This document shows positions 26,660 to 34,281 of a stretch of DNA of 64,000 bases, one piece after another. The stretch lies in IMG/VR virus record IMGVR_UViG_3300027733_000032; one strand, written 5' to 3'. The stretch's first letter is position 1; each line of letters opens with the position of its first letter. The translations under genes were made by a program, and so were the position numbers. The DNA is from a virus. The notes below the pieces were generated by a model that saw only the letters and a program-made list of their open reading frames with translations, was not told the DNA's origin and searched no databases.

Positions 26660-27084
26660 CGAAACTCGTTGTTCATATTGGTACAGGGACTATTATTGAC
26701 GCTGACGAATGCGTTATCGTTGATGTGGAGAAACTGGACGACCACGACACGACACTCGTGAACGATGGTGATGACTCTGACCTTGTTGAGATTGCCGAAC
26801 GACTCGGTAAGCCACTCAACCTGACGGACTTGACCTATCGCAATACGGTGGCGTTCTCTCCATCATCTCTCCGTAGCGAAGCAGAGGAACAGTTGAGTAA
26901 CGGTTACGCCACTGACGATGACGCTATTGCGTATCTGACTTGGACTGCCGAGGTAGCCACTGATGACGAACTGAGCGGTGTTGCTGACTACATTCTCAAT
27001 GACGACACAATGTGGAACGAATACAACACGACGGTAATGGACGGTATGCGCCAAGGTTACAGATGGTCTAAGGAGAGCAAGTAA
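26656..27084 (+). CDS. acidic hypothetical protein
   Basis: ATGA-coupled. Confidence 0.75.
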   Translation: MTKLVVHIGTGTIIDADECVIVDVEKLDDHDTTLVNDGDDSDLVEIAERLGKPLNLTDLTYRNTVAFSPSSLRSEAEEQLSNGYATDDDAIAYLTWTAEVATDDELSGVADYILNDDTMWNEYNTTVMDGMRQGYRWSKESK

Positions 27085-27365
27085 TGGGACTCATCGCTTT
27101 TCATACACCCGAAGATGGATTTACACTCAACGGCGTTGAGGTAGAGATTATTTGGGACGACACTCCCGAAGCAACAGAGGGTGTTCGTATCATTGTTGAT
27201 GAGAACGCCGTACGGGTGACGGATATTTTGTCAGACCCCGACCACTCCGAACACGATATGTGGTCTGCGTGGGACGACGACATCTTCTACTACTGCGAGT
27301 CCGAACAAGAATGGAAAGAACTTCTCGTCACAGGACATCACGACGGATGGAGAGTTCTCCAATAA
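27084..27365 (+). CDS. acidic hypothetical protein
   Basis: TAATG-coupled. Confidence 0.75.
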   Translation: MGLIAFHTPEDGFTLNGVEVEIIWDDTPEATEGVRIIVDENAVRVTDILSDPDHSEHDMWSAWDDDIFYYCESEQEWKELLVTGHHDGWRVLQ

Positions 27366-27414
27366 ATCTGTCCGACAGGTTGTTGTTACTACTAATAGAG
27401 AGTTCAATGAACTT

Positions 27415-27621
27415 ATGACCATCACACTTGACCAACACACTTGCCCTCGTTGTTTCGGGGGTATCCCTAATGACTTACAGCGAGGTCAGTACATCGGAGC
27501 ATTATCACGCACCGATAACAAGACCTACATCTGTTCAGACTGCGGAACGGCAGAGGGACTAGAGGACTATTTTGACCTTGGCTGTTCACCTCAATCCGAA
27601 TGGCGGGTGAACCAATCGTGA
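27415..27621 (+). CDS. small Zn-finger protein
   Basis: Leaderless after class B; CPRC...ALSRTDNKTYICSDCG. Confidence 0.8.
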   Translation: MTITLDQHTCPRCFGGIPNDLQRGQYIGALSRTDNKTYICSDCGTAEGLEDYFDLGCSPQSEWRVNQS

Positions 27622-27956
27622 CCACCATCATTGACCCTTGTATCCATTGCGGAGAACCCACTGCGTTTGGCTCTGTCCGTGAGGACGGAACGCTCGTCGG
27701 CAAGTTCGTGAACCGTATTCCTGCTGACACTATGGACGAGGAAACGGGCGAATACAAAGACGGGTATGCGTGTGCCGAGTGCGCTGGGTATGGGTGCGAC
27801 GAGTGCGATAAGCCGATTTACCTTGACTGCGAAACCCGTGTGGATTATCAGGACGAGAGTGACAAGTACCACTACGGCAACTTTCATACCGAGTGTTACG
27901 ACGAAGCGAAGCACGGCAAAGCCGAATACGGCGAGAACATCAAGGAGACTCTGTAA
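27618..27956 (+). CDS. multi-Zn-finger protein
   Basis: GTGA-coupled start; CIHC, CAEC, CDEC, H..C. Confidence 0.75.
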   Translation: MTTIIDPCIHCGEPTAFGSVREDGTLVGKFVNRIPADTMDEETGEYKDGYACAECAGYGCDECDKPIYLDCETRVDYQDESDKYHYGNFHTECYDEAKHGKAEYGENIKETL

Positions 27957-28270
27957 TGCGTGAAATAGACCTATCCGTACGGAACGCCGACAACTCTTGG
28001 TATTGGCAACAAATCCGTGAATACAGCAACAAGCAAGTCCATCGGTTACGAGCGAACATTCGTCGCAATGCTTACGATGTTCAGTCGTATGCCAACATTG
28101 AGAAGTGGTCGGACGAGCGAGGCTGGGCAATCATCTCCTCTCACCCCATCACGGACTACCCGTGCGTCAAGGTTTCGTACATGACGAAAGAACTCACCGA
28201 CAACGACCATGAGTGGTTCATTCAGACCGCCGAGGAACTGTTCACTATTGGGGTGACATTCGCACGATGA
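27956..28270 (+). CDS. hypothetical protein
   Basis: TAATG-coupled start. Confidence 0.7.
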   Translation: MREIDLSVRNADNSWYWQQIREYSNKQVHRLRANIRRNAYDVQSYANIEKWSDERGWAIISSHPITDYPCVKVSYMTKELTDNDHEWFIQTAEELFTIGVTFAR

Positions 28271-28542
28271 GAACTATCACCGTTACACAAACATACGAAC
28301 TCATCGTATCCATTGAGACTCAAGTCCCCGACGACTACAAGTACGAGGATATGGAAAACTCATTCATTGACTTCCCCATTCGGGTTGATGTGAACCCCGT
28401 ATGGGAAGATACCGAGAATGTCAAGGTCGTTGGAGTATGCGTGGACGCTCTTGTATCTCTAACGGGTGAGGACGCTTTCGCTCTTTATGAAATGAAGGAC
28501 GACGAATACACTCGCCTAGTTGAGGAGAGTGACGATGAGTGA
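28267..28542 (+). CDS. acidic hypothetical protein
   Basis: ATGA-coupled start. Confidence 0.7.
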   Translation: MRTITVTQTYELIVSIETQVPDDYKYEDMENSFIDFPIRVDVNPVWEDTENVKVVGVCVDALVSLTGEDAFALYEMKDDEYTRLVEESDDE

Positions 28543-28768
28543 ATACCACGATTATAGGGGGGTCATCCGTATGGACTTTGATTGTGCTAAAGACTCTCGT
28601 AAAGAGGTAATCGTACAGTTACCTACAGACCCCGACGCAAAATACGAGCAACCCGTGTGTTGTGTTGTGTTTACTGAAGAAGGTATTGTTTTGGACTTCT
28701 TTGAAGATGGTGAACTTGTTCGTTCGCTTGGTCGCACTTATGAAGAGTGGTCTGACTTAGCACTATGA
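28535..28768 (+). CDS. hypothetical protein
   Basis: GAGGAG SD before ATG 28535. Confidence 0.7.
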   Translation: MSEYHDYRGVIRMDFDCAKDSRKEVIVQLPTDPDAKYEQPVCCVVFTEEGIVLDFFEDGELVRSLGRTYEEWSDLAL

Positions 28769-28843
28769 GTGTCGTTAGTCACTCAGGTTGTGATTACGCC
28801 TATCTGTTCTTATTATCAACTATCAAGTAAACGAAAGGGAAAT

Positions 28844-29236
28844 ATGAATACAACAAACATTGTTCGCAAGCCAAACGGCACTGTTGATTTTGACGCATAC
28901 AAGGGACTAGAGGGAAGTATCGGACTAACGGGCATGACCTTCACTATCAAGGTGATTGACGCTCGCCAGTCCTTTGGACGACTAGACCTCTGCGTTGAGC
29001 CGCTTAACGGCGAAGGCTCTCGTTGGATGGAAAGCCGCAAGGTGGAACTCAAGAGCGAGCCAGTGCCTACAGAAGTCATACCAACACAAGCAATGACAGT
29101 CCGAGAGCAGATTGCTCAACGAGCGATTGACGCTTCTCGGGAAAATGGGTCGGTTAATGCCGACCTCATTCAGCGACTGCTGAACCAAATCAACAACGGC
29201 AACTTTGCCACAGAAACAAAGGAAACAATTAAATGA
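28844..29236 (+). CDS. hypothetical protein
   Basis: AAAGGGA SD before ATG 28844. Confidence 0.7.
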   Translation: MNTTNIVRKPNGTVDFDAYKGLEGSIGLTGMTFTIKVIDARQSFGRLDLCVEPLNGEGSRWMESRKVELKSEPVPTEVIPTQAMTVREQIAQRAIDASRENGSVNADLIQRLLNQINNGNFATETKETIK

Positions 29237-29574
29237 AGCGCATCGTATTTGAGAACCCCACCGTCGCCAAGCGTGGACGCAGTGGCGGGGCTGTACAAGA
29301 GTTCATCACCAAACTGAGCGAGACCCCCGACAAGTGGGCTGTCTATACCCGTAGTGCCAATCACATCTCCTACTACTACACAGTGGCGAGCAAGATGGGT
29401 AACCTCAAAATCGCCGTTCGTGCGAATAGCGATGGCAAGACTCATACTGTTTACATGATGTACTTGGGCGTGGAAGCAACCAAGACTCGTGTTGCGGAGA
29501 AGGCAAACAAGAAGGCGAACAAGAAGGTAGCCGTCAAGAAGGCGACTGCCAAGAAGGTCACCGTCAAGAAGTGA
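29233..29574 (+). CDS. basic putative DNA-binding protein with Lys/Ala-rich tail
   Basis: C-terminal KKANKKVAVKKATAKK histone-like repeats; paralog of 20986-21381. Confidence 0.75.
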   Translation: MKRIVFENPTVAKRGRSGGAVQEFITKLSETPDKWAVYTRSANHISYYYTVASKMGNLKIAVRANSDGKTHTVYMMYLGVEATKTRVAEKANKKANKKVAVKKATAKKVTVKK

Positions 29575-29579
29575 TTGTG

Positions 29580-29605
29580 TCAGGGGTGGGGAAACCTGCC
29601 CCTGA
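29580..29605 (+). terminator. hairpin terminator
   Basis: TCAGGGGTGGG-GAAA-CCTGCCCCTGA. Confidence 0.65.
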
Positions 29606-29686
29606 TAAATCCATCTAGTCGGGTTGCTATTACAATAACTAGACTGTTCACTGAAAGTACAAACACTACTACTAAAGGGGACTACT

Positions 29687-30424
29687 ATGCCGAACTGGTG
29701 CTATAACCGAATGAATGTTGCGGGTGACCGTGACTCACTAGTCAAACTCACTGAAGCGATTACCCGTCAGTACGACTCGTCGCTCGCTGAGACAACAATG
29801 GGCGTTGAGCAAGTGGACTACGACCTATCTGTCTTGTTCCCTGTTCCTGAACCGTTGGCTATTCGTGCCGTCATGTTTAATACCGATAGCACTGACCCTG
29901 AATATCAAGAACTTCTCAAAAAGTACGAAGCAAATAAGGCGGAGTACGGTCACACCACTTGGTATGACTGGGCTATTGAGAACTGGGGTACGAAGTGGTC
30001 GCCTCGTATTGAGGAATGGGAAATCATTGACCACTTTGATGGCGGTGCTGGTATCTATGCGTACTACGAAACTGCGTGGTCACCTGCTGACGGACTTATC
30101 CGTGAAGTGAGCAGGCAGTTCCCGACACTTCTGTTCACGGTTTCATCTGACGAGGAAGGTCGCTCGTTCTCTTGTGTTTCGGCGTTCAGTAATGGCGAGA
30201 TGGTCGCTGAGGCTGGTTGCGAACTAGAACCCAACAAAGTTCCCGAACAGTTCCGTGAGGACTATGCGAGGATAGACAAGGACATAGAGACTGGCGTAAG
30301 TGCTGTCGGCTACGACGCTTGGGACGAGATGAGCGAACTTGACAGTGATGTTCTCGGCTGGTTAGAGACTCAAGTGAACGACAAACTGGTTGAGTTGGGA
30401 CTGCTACCGAAGGTGGATGTATGA
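29687..30424 (+). CDS. DUF1281 family protein
   Basis: MPNWC.N; WYDW..ENWGTKW; YETAWSP motifs. Confidence 0.85.
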   Translation: MPNWCYNRMNVAGDRDSLVKLTEAITRQYDSSLAETTMGVEQVDYDLSVLFPVPEPLAIRAVMFNTDSTDPEYQELLKKYEANKAEYGHTTWYDWAIENWGTKWSPRIEEWEIIDHFDGGAGIYAYYETAWSPADGLIREVSRQFPTLLFTVSSDEEGRSFSCVSAFSNGEMVAEAGCELEPNKVPEQFREDYARIDKDIETGVSAVGYDAWDEMSELDSDVLGWLETQVNDKLVELGLLPKVDV

Positions 30425-30448
30425 CCCGTAGGTCACCCGTGAGGCTTC

Positions 30449-30697
30449 TCAGACTTCTTCTGAAGTCTCTTCAGCGTCGGCTTTCTTTGTGGACTTACGC
30501 TTTGGCTTATCGTCGGCTGGGGCTTCCTCGGGAGAAGCGTCCTCAGTAGGCACTTCAGCAGACGGGGCTTCCTCGGCTACTGGGGCTACCTCTAAGTGTC
30601 CACAGTTTTCGTCGTGGGTGTGCTCCTCGGCTACGGCGTTTTCGGCGAGATAGGCTAACTTCTTGACTTCTCGCTGTTCTGGGGTGAGTTTACGCAT
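30449..30697 (-). CDS. low-complexity acidic protein
   Basis: ATG at 30697 (MRKLTPEQR); Glu/Ala/Pro-rich. Confidence 0.65.
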   Translation of the reverse strand: MRKLTPEQREVKKLAYLAENAVAEEHTHDENCGHLEVAPVAEEAPSAEVPTEDASPEEAPADDKPKRKSTKKADAEETSEEV

Positions 30698-30807
30698 GAT
30701 AGAAACCTCGCTAGTTGTAAGTGTGGATACCATGATACCTAACTTATCCACATCCCTGTGGATAAAGTACCACACAACTAGTGAAACAACCAAACCGATA
30801 GGGAGTT

Positions 30808-31305
30808 ATGACTACTCAGATGACACAAACTGAAGCAGAAAATCGCTACAAGCAGGGCGTTCGTGACCTTGCCGAGAAATGGGGCGGGCATAGCAATATC
30901 CCGTCCGCTGAGTTGCGAGATATATCTGAGGAACTACGGGCGTACTACATTGTCCTGAAACATGAGGGTGCTGTCACACGGCAGATACTTAGTCAATACA
31001 TGGTGTCACCAACCATCATTGAGCGTGTCATGTCTAGTATCGGAGTAGACGGGGAAGTGGGGACTATTACCCCTAGGACTAGTCGCTCCGACCAATACAA
31101 GGCTTTCACTAAGTGGGCTTGCGAGCATGACCGTGAGCAGTTCACTACCGACCAACTAGTTGAGGCATCGGGCTTCTCGTATCAAACGACGCTGAAGTTC
31201 GTGGACTCTGACCCCAACTTCATTCGTATCAAGAAGGGTCTGTATGAGTGCCGTGACTACAACGCCTTACGCATTGAGTCAAAGAAGTTAGAAAAATCTC
31301 AGTAA
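30808..31305 (+). CDS. putative winged-HTH DNA-binding protein
   Basis: Leaderless ATG after class A promoter; FT..QLVEASGFSYQT.LKF HTH-like C-terminus. Confidence 0.75.
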   Translation: MTTQMTQTEAENRYKQGVRDLAEKWGGHSNIPSAELRDISEELRAYYIVLKHEGAVTRQILSQYMVSPTIIERVMSSIGVDGEVGTITPRTSRSDQYKAFTKWACEHDREQFTTDQLVEASGFSYQTTLKFVDSDPNFIRIKKGLYECRDYNALRIESKKLEKSQ

Positions 31306-31354
31306 TAGGTTGTTGTTATAACTAATAGCCTGTTCACTGTTACTACAAGGGCAA

Positions 31355-32101
31355 ATGCCCACTACTACAAATAGGGAGAAAACAATGACCACCATTGACT
31401 TGCCAAAGTGTTGGCAGAAGTACAAGAACGCACTTGAGGGCGGTATTGACCGCATCATTCTGTTCGGACCATCGGGTACGGGCAAGACCTACGGGGGACT
31501 CAACTACGGAGATACCCGTGGCGGTGCTTTCAGACTCGTATGTACTGAGGATATGACAAACGCCGATGTATCGGGTTCATTCATGCCTTCCGCTAATGGC
31601 GGTTTCTCATGGGTTAGCGGTTCGGCACTGAGGGCTTGGGAAGGTAACGGCTACTCAGGTGGACGAGTCGTTGCTGACGAGATTGACAAGGCTGGTGGCG
31701 ATGTGCTTGCTACCTTGCTCTCGTTCTTTGACTCACCTGAGTCTGCCTCGTGGGAACACCCTGAGACTGGCAATATCCATAAGCCTCGTAACGGTTTCTC
31801 TGTGGTGATGACCACGAACATTGAGAACATGAGAGAGTTGCCAACGGCACTCACTGACCGCTTCCCTGTTCGTATTCGCATTGACGAACCGCACCCTGAT
31901 GCGATTGAGCGTTTGTCAGTAGACCTGCGTGGTATCGCTGTTCGTATGGCTGATGCTGGCAAGGAGCGCATCTCACTGCGAGCGTTCTACGCCTTTGACC
32001 AACTGCGTTCATCCCTCTCTGTTGAGGAGAGTGCGGAGATTGTGTTCGGTGACCGTGCTGGCGCAATCATGGATGCGATGCGAGTGGACTCACTGTCGTG
32101 A
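31355..32101 (+). CDS. MoxR/CbbQ-like AAA+ ATPase (AAA_5)
   Basis: Walker A GPSGTGKT, Walker B VVADEIDK, sensor TTN, ALTDRF; alternative start 31385. Confidence 0.9.
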   Translation: MPTTTNREKTMTTIDLPKCWQKYKNALEGGIDRIILFGPSGTGKTYGGLNYGDTRGGAFRLVCTEDMTNADVSGSFMPSANGGFSWVSGSALRAWEGNGYSGGRVVADEIDKAGGDVLATLLSFFDSPESASWEHPETGNIHKPRNGFSVVMTTNIENMRELPTALTDRFPVRIRIDEPHPDAIERLSVDLRGIAVRMADAGKERISLRAFYAFDQLRSSLSVEESAEIVFGDRAGAIMDAMRVDSLS

Positions 32102-33588
32102 GCGTGAAGGTCAAGCATGATGTATCACGCCGACCTCTCCCTGAAGTATTGGGTCGTGGTGATGTAGACAAGGGCGGTGCGTGGACTGTAGAAGCCTGCC
32201 CACCTACCCGTGGACTACCCGTGACCTCTGTTGAGGGTCGCTTTATGAATGTACCTATGTCGGGCGACGCTCTGTCTACGGTCATTCGTATTCATGAGAT
32301 GGTTCATGCGAAGGTGTCCCCTAAGGACTTGAGTCCGTTCATTGCTAGGGGTTTCGCAACTGAGGAGTCACTGCGCTCTGTTGAGGAGATGCGAGTGAAC
32401 TACCTCGCTACTCACTTGGGTTATGACATGAGTGTTCTTAGTGATGGTGGCGAGAAAGAGTTAGGCGAACGCCTCGTTGCTATGGGTGACTGGAACAATG
32501 CTGTTCAGTTCGCTATCGCCACTGTTGGTACGGGCGGTCATAAGAAGTTCATCGCTGGAGTGCGCCGACATAACAAGGTATGGGGCAGTGTGCTTGCCGA
32601 CATTAGTAAGCGAGCGATGAGAGAGATAAAGAAAGTGCCACGGAACAAACTCACTAGCACCTCTCTCACTGCTGATGGTCTGATAGAAGGCTTTGGTTAT
32701 ACCGAAAGTATTGCTTCTTGGATTGACCGCCTATGCGATAAGCAACCTGATGACAAGAGTGATAAGAGTGACAGTACTGATAGTTCTGATAAGGACGACT
32801 CTGATGCTGATACCTCTGATACTGATGAGTCAAAGAGAGATGAGAAGGGCGAGATAGATAAGGCTCTTGCTGAGTCTCGTAAAGAGACTCTCGTTGATAG
32901 GACTCCTATCCCCTCTTGGTTCCCTCTTAAGGTGGAACGGTTGCCTATGCCTGAAGTATTGAGTGGGTCACTAGGTAAGAAGCGTGTCGCATCCAATAGT
33001 GGCAAACATCCTCGTCGCCTTCATCGTTACTTGACTGACCCTCAGAAGCGTGTCTTTGATAAGACGGTTCGTGGTCAAGGTGGCATCGTTGTCATTGACA
33101 CTAGTGGCTCTATGCGTCTTGACCGTGATGATGTAATGGGTATCGTTATGGCATCGCCTGGATGTACTGTGCTGTCTTATAGTGTCCCCTCATTCGGCAT
33201 TGACGATAATGGCGAGGCTATTGAGACCAATGCTTATGTCCTTGCTAGTCGTGGTCGTATGGTGGACGAGATGCCTGAGTTCGGCTCTGCTAATGCTGTA
33301 GACCTACCTGTGCTGAAGTGGGCAGTGAGTGAACGACGAAGTAGTCGCACTCCTGTCGTGTGGGTATGTGATGGGTATGTGACTGGTCATGGTGATGTGG
33401 CTCACGAGACACTGACGCTTCAGGCGGTTGAGTATTGCTTGGCTCACGGTATCTCTATCGTGCCTGATGCTGAGTCGGCTGTGAAGTACCTGACCGAGTT
33501 GAGCAATGGTATGCGACCTGCTAAGTCATTCCCTCATATCATGAAACGGGCATACGAGTTGGCGACTGGAGATAGGTTGGTCGCATAG
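32098..33588 (+). CDS. VWA-domain protein with N-terminal HExxH metallopeptidase-like motif (DUF2201-like)
   Basis: HEMVH; acidic linker; MIDAS DTSGSM; follows the AAA+ gene. Confidence 0.85.
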   Translation: MSVKVKHDVSRRPLPEVLGRGDVDKGGAWTVEACPPTRGLPVTSVEGRFMNVPMSGDALSTVIRIHEMVHAKVSPKDLSPFIARGFATEESLRSVEEMRVNYLATHLGYDMSVLSDGGEKELGERLVAMGDWNNAVQFAIATVGTGGHKKFIAGVRRHNKVWGSVLADISKRAMREIKKVPRNKLTSTSLTADGLIEGFGYTESIASWIDRLCDKQPDDKSDKSDSTDSSDKDDSDADTSDTDESKRDEKGEIDKALAESRKETLVDRTPIPSWFPLKVERLPMPEVLSGSLGKKRVASNSGKHPRRLHRYLTDPQKRVFDKTVRGQGGIVVIDTSGSMRLDRDDVMGIVMASPGCTVLSYSVPSFGIDDNGEAIETNAYVLASRGRMVDEMPEFGSANAVDLPVLKWAVSERRSSRTPVVWVCDGYVTGHGDVAHETLTLQAVEYCLAHGISIVPDAESAVKYLTELSNGMRPAKSFPHIMKRAYELATGDRLVA

Positions 33589-33614
33589 TTCTTGCCTTCC
33601 CTATAAGGTAAGTG

Positions 33615-33670
33615 GAGAGTAGTCCTCTAGTCATTGGTGGTCAGTGACTTGAGTGGCTACTCTCTTTTGT
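33615..33670 (+). terminator. hairpin terminator ending the early region
   Basis: GAGAGTAGTC...GGCTACTCTC followed by TTTT. Confidence 0.7.
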
Positions 33671-33679
33671 ATATATCAA

Positions 33680-33980
33680 GTGAGTAAGTAGTGGCGTGTA
33701 TGTAATGAGTGAGTGATATGTGATGATGATGATATAGGTAGGTAGGTAGGTAGGTAGGTAGGTAGGTAGGTAGGTAGGTAGTAGTGATGTATGTATGTAT
33801 GTGTTAGATGAGTAGTGGTAGTAGTAGTAGTGGTAGTACCCATAGCAATACCCGTAGGCACTTTTTTTACTAATGATGAAACGATGATGAGAACGAAGTG
33901 ATGATGGGGTAATGATGATGTACCTATATGTATACGAGTATGAGGGTATAGGGGTATAGGGGTAGGGGTATAGGGGTACT
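33680..33980 (+). repeat. C-poor microsatellites and G4-like tract
   Basis: (TAGG) ~11.5 copies at 33735-33780; (GAT)n, (TATG)n, (GTA)n; five G-runs at 33944-33976. Confidence 0.9.
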
Positions 33981-33984
33981 ACTT

Positions 33985-34210
33985 ATATACCCGTGATATA
34001 CCCGTGAGCATTGCGACGACTCAATGACTTAGCGATGACGACTTAGTGATGACGACTCAATGACTTGACTGTCAATGATGGTAATGATGACGAGTCAATG
34101 ATGATGACGATATGACGATGACTCAATGCTATTGACGATGACTCAATGACGATGACGATGATGTGATGCTTTGTAATACTTTGTGATACTCAGTAATACT
34201 TTGTGATACC
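33985..34210 (+). repeat. iteron-like direct repeats
   Basis: ATATACCCGTGA x2; GAYGA(C/G)TCAATG x5 (34015-34148); GTAATACTTTGTGATAC x2 (34173, 34193). Confidence 0.75.
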
Positions 34211-34281
34211 TGATAATGAATGTGATGATGAATGGGGCAACGCTGTCAATGTGTACGACATATGTAATGCCGTGTCTTGCT

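Larger units (their letters stand above)
398..30765. promoter_or_regulatory. 27 dispersed perfect DnaA boxes (TTATCCACA, either strand)
   Basis: Starts at 398, 1290, 3641, 4248, 4483, 4495, 5352, 5365, 6400, 7068, 7080, 8207, 9382, 11008, 11020, 12480, 12770, 12782, 15936, 15948, 16417, 17203, 20135, 22031, 25014, 30744, 30757. The sequence match is exact; DnaA binding is inferred. Confidence 0.75.
355..30807. promoter_or_regulatory. Class A promoter-like motif, 30 copies (CAACTARY-N11-ACCGATAN-N6-start)
   Basis: Minus-strand copies with + strand TATCGG(T) at 363, 1255, 2961, 3606, 4213, 4448, 5317, 6086, 6365, 7033, 7764, 8172, 8932, 10200, 10973, 12445, 12735, 14068, 15194, 15901, 16382, 19136, 20100, 21996, 24979; plus-strand copies with CAACTA at 1320, 5383, 11038, 25164, 30775. 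Spacer is 11 nt in every copy checked; most have ATG 6 nt after the downstream octamer. Confidence 0.9.
9317..31340. promoter_or_regulatory. Class B promoter-like motif, 13 copies (RGGTTGY-N18-GTTCAMTG-N5-start, often preceded by TAAATC)
   Basis: Minus-strand copies near 9323-9355, 16720-16752, 17168-17200, 20011-20043, 21899-21931, 23502-23534, 24927-24959; plus-strand copies near 25086, 25592, 26242, 27377, 29621, 31308. Spacer is 18 nt (17 at 25592). Confidence 0.85.

Noticed and set aside
28786-28815. Extra class B promoter (AGGTTGT)
   Set aside because: The nearest GTTC is 13 nt away, not 17-18.
355-30807. Integron cassette array (GTTAGTT resembles the attC core GTTRRRY)
   Set aside because: Only one imperfect core per unit, no paired inverse core forming an attC hairpin, and no tyrosine integrase in the window; fixed spacing to ATG fits a promoter.
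355-30807. CRISPR array
   Set aside because: Repeats are degenerate and separated by 0.1-2 kb of coding sequence, not 25-45 nt spacers; no cas genes.
34010-34210. Mini-CRISPR in the GATGACTCAATG repeats
   Set aside because: Units are 11-19 nt, irregularly spaced, with no unique spacers.
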